From NCBI GenBank assembly GCA_002633005.1, contig NMRA01000342.1, positions 54,033 to 118,032 of the forward strand: a stretch of DNA of 64,000 bases. Direction: 5' to 3'. How positions within the stretch are numbered: the stretch's first letter is position 1; every line of letters begins with the position of its first letter. This DNA is from Phoronis australis. Taxonomy: Eukaryota; Animalia; Phoronida. The translations under genes were made by a program, and so were the position numbers. The notes under the pieces were generated by a model. The model saw only the letters and a program-made list of their open reading frames with translations, was not told the DNA's origin and did no database searches. Positions 53,320 to 64,000 of the stretch are shown piece after piece.

Positions 53320-53625
53320 CAGGAGCGGATCTAGGATTTTGAGTTAGGGGAGGCCAGGGCACAGGAATAACCAGAATTTCGCCATATGCGCGCGCCCTGC
53401 CTAAATTGTAGGGATGCAGGGGTCTCGAATTTTTGAGTTCGTGGACCTTATTACTAAAAAAATTTAATAAACGGTAAACGGGGTTTGTTCAAGACCCGAG
53501 GCTCCTGGGTGCGCACATATGCTAGTCAGCATTTCGCAACCCGACCTGCTAGATGATATCTGGGAGAATTTTAGGGGGGGCTGGCCCCTTGGCTCCCCCC
53601 CCCCCCNCCCCTAAATCCGCCACTG
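53320..53625. mobile_element. hAT5-like MITE
   Basis: CAGGAGCGGATCTAGG...CTAAATCCGCCACTG; TSD GTTGG/GTTGC; empty site in the homologous repeat near 14795. Confidence 0.8.
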
Positions 53626-54282
53626 GTTGCTGTCCTGTATTCACACAGTATGAATAACACACCGGTTAAGTCGGCCAGATGTGTGTTTAATGTACATGTA
53701 CGCGATTCAAGCACACTGCTATTAAACATTACTGGAGAAATGAAATGGTTGCTGTTACGCCACATGCATAACAGGGCTAAAAATGGTTCATAGTCCGCCA
53801 TTTTCTTGTAAATCTAACCAATGACTGCCGAGGTTACATCAACCAGTGATAAAAAGCGGGTTTCTGAGTGATATCTGCGTGTTATCTACACGCAGGGAAC
53901 CAGTGAGGACACAATAATGGAGGAAGCAAATGAGATTAGTATATTTAACGTTTTTGCTCTAATAATAAATTCATTGGTTACGTTGGTGTTACGGAAATAT
54001 AAACGTAAATAAACCACTTTTCAGTTATTCTGATCTAAATTAATATATATTTACATATTTACAAACATGATAACAAGTTGCGCGAAACTTGGGACGAAGA
54101 CAGGGTCGAACGTCAGCACTGACAGTCCAAAACTTGAAACTTGCGGCATCTTCAGTCTTCATCTCCGAGGCTTCCTCACGCGTTCCGTTGACTCCACCAG
54201 TCCACCAAAATAATACAGTCAAGTTCCATACACTGACAAGACGCTGATGTCCGCACCGTAGCAAACGTTCAACACATAAACA

Positions 54283-54369
54283 AATAATGTTCATTATTTA
54301 GAAAGTATGAAGAAAACACATAAAGTTAATATTCATTATTTAGAAAGTATGAAGAAAACACATAAAGTC
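54283..54369. repeat. Tandem duplication of an about 44-bp unit
   Basis: TTCATTATTTAGAAAGTATGAAGAAAACACATAAAGT occurs twice in tandem. Confidence 0.85.
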
Positions 54370-57301
54370 CAGCCTCAGTGTTTAGAGGAATCATGACACA
54401 CGTCTGCTCACCATCGGCGACCAACTACAACTCCGATGAAACTCAAAACTGCCCCCTAGCGGGAATATCTAACATACCTAACAGTGGGCGAGATAGACTC
54501 AACCTCGAGTCAGCTCACCCAGCTCGGCCAAACTACAAATCGAGGAGATCCACAGCAGTTCGTGAGTCAAAAATAATTTGGTGAAGAATCGGTTTGAATT
54601 CAGGTTCTAAATCAAAGCGAATATGCCATAACAGGTGTTGTGAAAATGTCGTGTACATAGGTGCCACAATGAATTTCAAACACTTCATAACAAGGACGTT
54701 TCTTAATGGAATTTATAGTGGGCATTTGAAAAATATTAATAATAATAATAATGTTAATAATAATAATAACATTAATACCAAAAAGGAAATGATCTAAATA
54801 AGCAGCTTGAGAATAAATTGCTATTGCGTAAATCATGATTTCAAATCTACATTCTTTCTCAAGCATTCCTTTTAACGGTACAGTATCTGTCTGCATTTTG
54901 AATGTCCCGTTTAACTGGCTATCCCTAAAAATTAGATTAAGGCGAGTTTCGATTCTCTGTGACAGTTGTCTGCAAACCTCGGCCGTGGAAAACTCCTCGA
55001 AAATCGCGGTTATGAAGCTGGGGAGCAGCGGAAATGTTTCTTAAATCATGATTTCGCAATGACTTTTGTGTCTGTTACATTTCAACATGTTCCAGAAGTA
55101 CGTCTTGTTTCTCACATCATGGTATCAACTCTAGATGTGCCGTAAAGTTTAAGTCGTAAATTAAGAAACGACGTCAAAAGTTAACCTAACTACTTGTAGT
55201 GGCGTTCGACAGTCTTTGCTGAGTTCGGGCTTGAAAAAACAGGTATTTGCAACTCACAGGGTGTACAAAACCTGAAAATATGGGTAGTATACTGGGCTTA
55301 GGACTTCAGAAACCATAAGCAAAGTCAATTGAAAGTGGTTTCGAGTCGATTTTCTATTTTTACGACTACCGGACGTGCAGCTGAGTACTAAAACGAACAA
55401 TACACCAAATCGGCACCAAATTGCAGAAATGAGGCGAAACGCGGATGTCCGTCTGCCTGACTTCAAAAGATCTGGAGGGTAAATGAACGTCCTGTCCCAT
55501 TTCAACATCCCGCTTGCAAGCAATAAAGGTTTAAGAAAAGCCATTACTCAGAAAGTTGTGGGTCAACGTGAGAAAAACTGGCAATCCTTCGCTCGAAGCC
55601 ACTCAAAACTCAAGCAAATGGCACTCGTAATAGAATTCACATGCGGCAAAAAAACTTGATGTTCAGTCAACCCAACAGGTGCTATACGTAATGATGTTTA
55701 GGCTCAAAACAACTATTGAGTGACACCTGTGTGTAATTTGGAAAACGAGATTAGTCTTCGAGGGTTCCTTAGTTGTGGTGGAAGTGGAAACGGACGAGGG
55801 ATAGTTTGTTGGATGTGACCTTTTTAACGACAGATTTCTTCAATTGGGGAGTATTAATTCTTGTCAAAGACAAAGTGATCAGGTCAGAGTATGGGTATGT
55901 TATAATTCAGCTATGTTTTGAAAAAAACTCGGACAGTACAACATCCCTTATTTCTGAGGAAACCGCTGTTTTGGCGAAAACTGCAAGCAAAACCAGCACA
56001 CGTGAATAACACCGGTTCTTTACCAATACATTTCTGCGTATCGCTCAGCGTCTATCCTAGTCAGCAGGTAGCGAAACCGTTCTCGTCCACGGGTCGTTTG
56101 ACCCAGAACTGATAAACTACGTTTCGTGGAAACCGTGGCTCTGCTCAAAACTAAGACAATTATTTTATCAGAAAGGGAAGCAGAAGAGTTCTCGAAAATC
56201 GGAATGGTAGATTGCAATTTCTTTTGGTTCCTGATATTACAAGAGAATGTCATGCTTTTTCTTCAGAAAATAACACAACTTAGATGTGGCGATGATCTGA
56301 CCGATCTACGTGTAAGTAAGATAATGGCGCTAGTGTTGACTTACCGAAGTAAATGGCATCTATCCATAGGGTCACTTTTCCATTAGGTGGCGCTGTGCCA
56401 AATGGTAACTTGTCACTTTTGAGAGTGTCTCAAGCACGAATGCATCGATTTAATTAGCCTCATGTTGTTGCGGTTGCTGCAACTTGCCGATTATTTCTCA
56501 ATAATTATAGCAGTGTGTTTGTGCGTTTCTCATCATTCACAAATCACAAGGTCTCAACACTATTTCCAACCAATCGGAATGTCACACTTTTTCTTCGCTC
56601 TGTTATTGTGTGATGATTGTCGAAAGTTTCGATTTCATTTTGCGACGGCCACAAAAATTCAGTCTTCAAATTAGACAAGTTAACACTTGTTGTTTTTGTT
56701 GCTATACTGGGGTCGTAATGGAGCCCACGGGTTTTTCTATTTCTACTAATAAATTGAAGTTTCCGTGGCGCGCCCGCGTCATTTTGCATACAGTAAGGAA
56801 GTGTATTACCTCAACGAAGCCCCCCCCCCATCTTGACACATACTGTGCACGTGTGAGATTGATATCCACGTTATGTGTTTTGTATGTAGTTGCGTTGATT
56901 CTAAAATGCCATGCAGCAAAAGGTAGGCTAACTGTGTGGGCCATGACGGTGACGTCAGTGCGAAGACAAAGCCGTATATGTAACAATGGAAATGTGACGT
57001 TAACGGCTCGGCTAAATGCCCACACCATCCTTCATTCAATCCCATTAAGCAGGGGAACAACAAATTTTTCAACACTTCCATTGCCTGCACAATTCCTTTC
57101 ACCGTCTCAGAGCTTGTGAAATTTTATCCAATACTAAGGATAATACATTTCTGGTAATCAATACACTATAACACGGTAACAAACTGAGCATAATTACCCG
57201 ACGGCGTTTCCACGGCAACCGCGTAAAATTCCGAGTATATACACCTGGCTTGGATAATTGTTGAGTAAAACCAGGAAAAATCAGTTGTTGCATTGCGGAC
57301 G

Positions 57302-57473
57302 ATGGCACGTCAGCAGTCTTATTGTGGTGAAGATAGGCTTGATTTAAAAGAGCTAACAGCGGATCACGTGTTATTGTATATAGATCTACACAGGAAGGAT
57401 AGGTTGTATGAGGCGGGACAAGTGTTGGAAGGGTCAATATGCCTTCTTCCTCAGAAACCGATCAAGATTTTGG
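57302..57473 (+). CDS. ARRDC: Alpha-arrestin (arrestin domain-containing protein), exon 1
   Basis: MARQQ...LYIDLHRKDRLYEAGQVLEGSICLLPQKPIKIL fits the start of Arrestin_N (YxxGxxxxGxV). Donor G|GTAAG, phase 1. Symbol is family-level only. Confidence 0.8.
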
Positions 57474-57588
57474 GTAAGAGACAGTAGAGGTGCGACATGG
57501 GGAGATTTCTTTAATTGCCAAAATGCTTGCCTGTAGGTTTCGTTCGTGCTGATGCAAGTGCCATGTAGATGTATAAATCAGTAAAAAG

Positions 57589-57630
<42 letters not shown>

Positions 57631-58511
57631 AAGCGTTGCAATGAATGTGGTCATTACTTAAATTGAATGGCACCCATCTACTCATTCCGAATAATAAGGG
57701 TTAGCACGTTTTTCATAGGTAAAAAACTCCTAATCGTCTGTGTCTTCACTTCCATGGGCCTATTCGGAGTACTTTGTGTACCTTTAAATTCACGACCATA
57801 TTTGCCTCATACCTGCTCTCATGATGTGACCATTGTGGAACCTTACGAAACTACTGTGGCGTGTTCAAAATCATTCAAAGAGCCAAAAAATCAAACTTTT
57901 GTGCAGTACCCGACATGTACACGTGATTATATAAATTGCGCGCCTGTATCTCTTCAAGACGGAAAATATACCTCGTAAATAAGCCGTGAACGGGAGCGAA
58001 ATATAAAACCTTTGTCATAATTAAAGATTACGTTGTGTATGTGTCTCATTGTAGTTAACACAAACATGTTTTAAAGCGGCTATAAACTCGTTTTATGTCT
58101 CAACAAAAAAGCCTTTGATTTAAACCATTTGGCTGTATGGAATTTGTGAAACTGGTGTAATGTTATGGAGTTAACATAGGTGTGACGTCATAGCTTGGAT
58201 GGAACTGACAGTTCGTTATTTTTTTGAGACAAGTCTTTACGTCGTGTCATCATTCGCCGAGCATAATCTCGTGAAATAACGAACTGTTCGTTCTTTTCAA
58301 GACCACAAAATTACTTCTCGTTTGAGCAAGGAACAAGTCGACCCCAACTTTCTATCCGTTAGTTGCGGTATAAATCAAACGCCAGGTTCTTGGATGGAAA
58401 ACGGGTTGAACGACGTTTCTGGATATTTAAGTTTTTAGCTGGAGAAGGTTTAACATTTCATTTACATGTGACCCCCGGCATAGTGCGCGGCAATCACAAG
58501 TATTAGATTAA

Positions 58512-58667
58512 GAGTGGTGGGTTAAAGGGGGGCCAAGGAGGCCATGGCCCCCCTAAATTTCTCCTAGATTCCATTTGGCAGTACTGGGGTACGAATGTCT
58601 GACGGACAAAATCTTGGCTAATACTTTGCCCTGGCCCCCCTAACTCAAAATCCTGGATCCGCCCCTG
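58512..58667. mobile_element. hAT5-like MITE (homologs at 37757-37910, 45021-45176, fragment 13563-13650)
   Basis: GAGTGGTGGG...GGATCCGCCCCTG; TSD ATTAA/ATTAA. Confidence 0.8.
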
Positions 58668-58989
58668 ATTAAGTCTTACTGCTGTATTTATCACTTGTTG
58701 AAGACTACATTATATCATTTGGAAATATATATATAAAGAATGGGCAAGGGCGCCTGTTCATTATGGAGTTTCTACACTCGGAATGGGAGTTTCTCAACTG
58801 AAAGTCATGTGCAAAGACGAATAATAGTAATTGTCATTTGAACAAGAGGCCACCGGCCAACAGTTCACAATAGTATATACAGACACGATACATGCGTACA
58901 CGGCCATTAAAAGTTTAATTTTTCGTTTTTGGTCGTCACTGCCCTTTGTATATACACTGAAATGTTTACTGTTCTCGAGTTAAAAAGGG

Positions 58990-59470
58990 TCTGATACCTG
59001 GTACTGGACAACGTAACATGAAATGCTCTCCTGTTTCAATCTCTTCTGTACTACAAATGTTAAAAGTTCTTTCACTTCGGGGAATACCATGTCTTCTGCC
59101 GCTTTCAGTTTCTAATGTGTTAATTGAACATCTAATGTTCGTTATGTAAAATATCTGCGTCATCTGCCCACGTAAATACTTTTCACAAGCCAACTCAGAC
59201 TTAACTCCCCTGTAAAATTCGCACTTGTTTATGTGTTCTACTACCAACAACCAACTTTGAAAGTTGAACATCTCTGAGCCTTTGTTTGAATTCCGACAAA
59301 TTACATTGTTAATCACCGACTCCCTGCTTCAACCATTTTTTTACCGAAATCGGTTGTATACAATATTTTTTAATATGGAACACCAATTATTTTGACCGTG
59401 CAATTGCCTTTCCTGTAAAATGAGGAAACATTGTTTTGGTATCTATCACTTTGCAATTTCAATATTTTCA
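58990..59470 (-). mobile_element. Degenerate non-LTR retrotransposon C-terminus (zinc-finger region) in arrestin intron 1
   Basis: EKYL...IRCS..LETESGR...PRSERT..IC...ETGEHFMLRCP resembles the LxIETGR..CxxC..EDExHFLLxCP C-terminus of invertebrate LINEs. Confidence 0.7.
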
Positions 59471-59661
59471 AAAAGTATTTTATTGGCCTGTACATATATA
59501 ACACAGATGAGTAGCTACTGTATTATGTGCGGAGAATACACAACAGTTAGCAGAAGAGAAGCACATTTTATGTTGGAGGTTATTTTTTTCAAAGTGACCT
59601 TGGAGGCCTGATTGAATGTCGTGTGATGTTGACTTCACATTCCCTGTGTATGTGTTCACAG

Positions 59662-59778
59662 AAGTGGCAATACAAGTGGAAGGCATGATGGTAGTTAGGC
59701 ATTACGACAGATCCAAGAAAACGTGGATCGAATCACGGGAAAACTACATCAACGGCGGAAATGTGCTTTGGGGGAAAG
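59662..59778 (+). CDS. ARRDC: Alpha-arrestin exon 2 (EVAIQVEGMMVVRHYDRSKKTWIESRENYINGGNVLWGK)
   Basis: CAG acceptor, G|GTAAG donor, phase 1-1, in frame with exons 1 and 3. Confidence 0.8.
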
Positions 59779-62700
59779 GTAAGAGCATCTCAAATGCCCA
59801 TTATATTTCATTCGGAACTGATGAAGTTGTCATAGTATACGGGATGTATCTCTCACTGACACTGCGTATTGATAGTCTCTTATAATGTTTTGTAACTTTC
59901 CACCAATTCAAACACCTTTGTGTCCGGTAGGCTCTAAAATGTTCCGTTTTAACCCCTGATATACGGGAATACACTAGAATGCCCTCACCTGTTCTGTCGT
60001 AAACAAGTTACATCATCATTGGCCTGACGTCATAGGTTATGCCAATCAAAGACTACTTTGTATTAAACAAATAGAAGAGCCTAATAAAATATAGGTAACT
60101 AAAACCAGTTTTATCATTTAAAATGTTCTCCTGGCCGCATGTTGAAGGGATGAAGATCGGATTTTTTGAAAATGGGTTCAACTTGGGGATCTAAGATGTC
60201 GTGAAAGGTTAACAAACCTAGAAATTGATAACCTTAATTGCGGCATTCAGGCGCCATTTTGTCATGCACGTGGGGTTTGGTCACCTTCTCCCCTTTCTCC
60301 CTCCCGGCTATGTTTCGACGCCATTTTGAATGGAGACCATAAGGTTCGTATCGGTGACAGAACCATGTTTTTTACCTTATTTACAACTATATTTAGAAAA
60401 ATCTGTGAAACCGTTTTCCACTTGGCTATGTAAAAGTATTTATTTTTCAAAAGAACAGAGTTTACACAAATCTGTCTTTAATTAAGTCACGTGGCTAGGT
60501 TCCTAGGGTGGAATATAACAAAAATGTTTTGGAGTTCACGCAAAACAAGACAATGGTATCAATAACTAGACCTAATTTCTTTTGAATTCAAATGTTCGAG
60601 ATCATGTCATGAAACGTCAGTCTTGTAAACTATCTCTTTTCTACATAACTTTTGAGATGAAAGTCAAAAAAATTGTGAACATTGTAAAACAGCTTTGACG
60701 GTAGACTTATGCAAATTCGAAACAGCTTGTGGTACATGTAGCGTAGTTTTTGCATAGCTGTTTCCACATCAAGCTATCTTATGGTACGATCAGTCGTTTT
60801 GCGATGTCAGGGAGATAAACAAATTATGACATATACGTAGGTTTTCTAATAACCTTAATGGTTTGCGTGCTGTTTTGAGCAGAGTGATCTAAAATAAGAG
60901 TGTGACAGAGCATGTTTATATGCATTATTTTCAAGCCAATGCATGTTTTTCTTTTTTAATAACAAGCTTTCTTAATTACCGCATGGTTAATGCATAGTTG
61001 CAACATGCGTCACGAGAGGTTCATTAATGGACAAAGAGGTCATTTTTGGTGACCATTTTCCAAGCTGTCACCCGGAAGCGCACTAATAAAGATGGCTGGA
61101 TTTTTATTATTGCGTCCCGGTTGAAGATACCCGTCAATGCAAGCCCTCTCTGTGTGACTCACTATAACATGAATGGAGCTAAGCACGCCTGCTAACGAGC
61201 AGGCTTGCGTGCAAGAGCACGTAAACATGTGCGTGTTTAGCCTGTATTCGACTAGTTTTACTTTCAGGTAGTCATAGGATTCCAATCACTTTGCGCGAGC
61301 TCACTTCAGCATGTGCGTGTGCGTGCGTGGGTTTCTGAATGAGTTCTTGCTAGTGTGCGTGCGTGTTTGGGTGCGTGAGAGTTCTTGTTTTTGTGTAATA
61401 CCTGCCGTGTATTAGAGACACGGCTAATATCGATTGCTTCAAGAGTGTTGAAGTGTAAATGTATGCAACGTCTTCTCAGCTCACTAGTCAATTGTCTTAC
61501 AAGCTCATTAGGGAAAACCATCTTTGACACTTAATGCCTGCCAGGTTCCTTTAGTTGGGATAAACACAACATAAAACTGGCCACCCCATTAATGCATCTG
61601 CAACAAATGCTCCTCTGGCTGCAATTACGGCGAAAGGTTGAATTTACAGGCCGGAACGTATGCCGAGTGCCTGCGGTCTGTTGTCGCTGCTCAAAATCGA
61701 ACTCTGAAGTATTTATGGCGTTTTCTACTATACTTTGCGCGAACTCAAGATTATTGTTTAGTATATTGTGTTCGAGTACACAATGGTTTGTGCATTTTTG
61801 GTGTAAATTCACACTTGATGACCCCGAGATTCGAACTATTAAGTCGAGTATGAACCCGAGATTGCGAATAGCGATTCGAAGTTTCGAGTTTAGGCTTAAA
61901 GTTTTAGCCTAACGTTGGTGTTATCAAGTGCAAAACTAGGTTTGCATATAAACCATTGTGTACTCGCTTTAGAGCAATAGACACTTATATTGACGTCCCA
62001 CAAAAAAGAAAAAGACCAAAAACAATTTCTGGTTCGATTTCGAGTACAAAGATTAGACCCCAGGTCCAATGCGCACAGTCTCAATATCATGTAATTTTAG
62101 GGAATATAGTGGGGAATAGGCCTTTGCACATAACCATTTTCCCAGTTAAAGGAAATCTACTAACTACTTAAACGTGGCCCCTTGCATAAATAAAAAGAGA
62201 CGGTGCTACACATCTTTTCGGCAACAGCCCTGCTGGTACAAAAGCGGCCCGTCTATTTTCAATGCAATTGCATCCAAAATAACCTTACACTTTGTACGGG
62301 GTGTTTAATGACGACGTATACCGGTATGTGATGAGTAGTGTTGTGAATATGATACCACTAAATGAGGTTGTTCAATGTAGTGAAGGTCCACTCACTTTGA
62401 TCTGAGTTCTGGGTCAAGTTGCATAAAATAGGCTGGTCTGAAACCCAAACTGACGCCGGCTAACTGTCGGACGTACATATCATATCCACCGTATATGACC
62501 AAAGATACTATACTATAAAATCTTTGAAATGACCTCATCGGCCGGATAGCCACAGATAGACGTTTAAGCAACCGGGCCCTGTGATGACACTAAACCGTGA
62601 TGACACTAAACCGTGACACTCTGGCAATGCAGAATGAAGTTTTGGGTTAGCAATGGAATACTAGCAAACTACATGGCGAAGTCAATGGAATGTGAAGGAA

Positions 62701-62887
62701 TTTTCCTGATTTTTCCTTTGCTGAGAAAAAACTGCAGAAATATTCCGGTTTGGATATTACAGACTAGAACGGGGTGTGACCGCTGAAAACGACGCATGCT
62801 GCCCGTTTCCTATGTTTTCAATTTATCTGCTGAGGGGACTGAAGACATTTGTCTATTTTTGTCTCTCTTTTCTCTCTTTCTTTGCAG

Positions 62888-63102
62888 CATCTCGTCATGA
62901 ACTGCTTGTGATTGGGCGGCACATGTTCCCCTTCAAGTTCACTCTCCCCACAACAATCCCATGCTCTCTTGAGGACACAACGGCGACGATCACTTACAAG
63001 TGTTCCGCGCATGTGCAGTCGGTCGATGAATCACCACTCACAGCCTCGGTTCTGTTTTACGTTCTCCGGGATCTCGACTTAAATAAAGAACCTTTTGTTA
63101 TG
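62888..63102 (+). CDS. ARRDC: Alpha-arrestin exon 3; gene continues beyond the window
   Basis: Long pyrimidine tract plus TTGCAG. GRHMFPFKFTLPTTIPCSLE...ITY matches the Arrestin_N motif GxHxFPFxFxLPxxxPxSFE...IxY, followed by the DLN linker. Donor ATG|GTAAG. Confidence 0.88.
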
Positions 63103-64000
63103 GTAAGGAACAGTCTAAATGGCTATCTCAATGCCAATTTCTTTCTCGTTCCGTAGACCCAGAAACTCACGCAAATGCAAGATCACGCAAGTCTTCGCGA
63201 ACTATCGACTTGCATTAGAAACAAAGCTCCTGATCACTCCTCAGGAGTACCTTGCGTCTTTGAAACAGGAACCAGTGGATGCTTGCATTTAAGGGAACCA
63301 ACCCTGAACTGCGTTTTTTAAATTTCCATCGCATTTGCGGACTTGTGCCAACATTGATCGACTGTCCTTTCTAACACTAATTATTTTCGTTACGAAGTCA
63401 AGCTTTGTTACACACCGTGAATAAAGTTTACGATAAATCCTCCACATACCACTGAAAATAACGAGACCGTCCCTAATTCAAAGGTTAAATACCCATTTGT
63501 TTCCATGGAAATAATGGCTCAGTTTTCTGGCATATTATTGGAACATTTTATAGGGGAGATCAAAATGAAGGCAAAGTTATAGTTATAATATTTTTGGATA
63601 AGCAAACACACAAACGCGCAGAACACATAGGGAACTTAGTCGGTGGGCCAGATCTCATAGTGTTCATCCTTGAGTACTTTGGGGGGGCAACCTAGTTTTT
63701 TCTATATGGCTAGATAATATACCTATAAATCAAATTCCAAAAAGTTCCCACGTCTACACTTGCACATTTTTTTAAAAAAAGGTGTTTTTGTTGCACAAAA
63801 TATGATGCACATTCCTGCCACTTGATGGCGCTTTTCTATTGAATTGACCAATCAGAGAGCCAGATTGTATTGTTGTGCTTAGTTACTTCAATATGGCTGC
63901 TCCCATGGAGTGTGATGCCTGTATAATTCAAGGTTTATCAAACAGCACAAAATTGTGATGTCAGAGCCTAAAGAAGCTTAGGAAAGCTTCCTGACGAAAT

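Noticed and set aside
54040-54294. ORF containing EMKTEDAASF, resembling the gene C propeptide
   Set aside because: No RxxR site, no WxxEE motif, no matching acceptor or signal exon; probably chance.
56610-57119. 169-aa ORF upstream of the arrestin gene
   Set aside because: Random-looking composition with overlapping ORFs on both strands; likely upstream non-coding sequence.
63288-64000. TTAA-GGGAACC possible Kolobok-type terminus
   Set aside because: No partner terminus within the window.

Overview
AT-rich, repeat-dense animal genomic DNA, probably a marine invertebrate (inferred from the transposon spectrum and GT-AG introns). Most ORF-track entries are spurious. The main result is a minus-strand cluster of three intact, paralogous two-coding-exon genes (near 23.7-24.3, 40.7-42.3 and 42.7-43.4 kb), plus two pseudo-exons in a local duplication. 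Each encodes a 70-74 aa secreted precursor: a 19-aa signal peptide on a 58-nt exon, a phase-1 intron, a propeptide resembling vitamin K-dependent gamma-carboxylation propeptides (EExAxxFLxRxxR), and a short Cys-free [AG]WxxEE[LI]xE peptide, one with a C-terminal amidation signal. Also present: the first three exons of an alpha-arrestin gene (57.3-63.1 kb, +); a candidate single-pass membrane microprotein; a Penelope-like element followed by a tRNA-like unit and a hammerhead-ribozyme-like motif; BEL/Pao remnants with an inverted chimeric block; a Kolobok-like element with a THAP remnant; a bipartite RTE; several MITE families; and strong enrichment of TACATGTA. All alignments and counts were done by eye.
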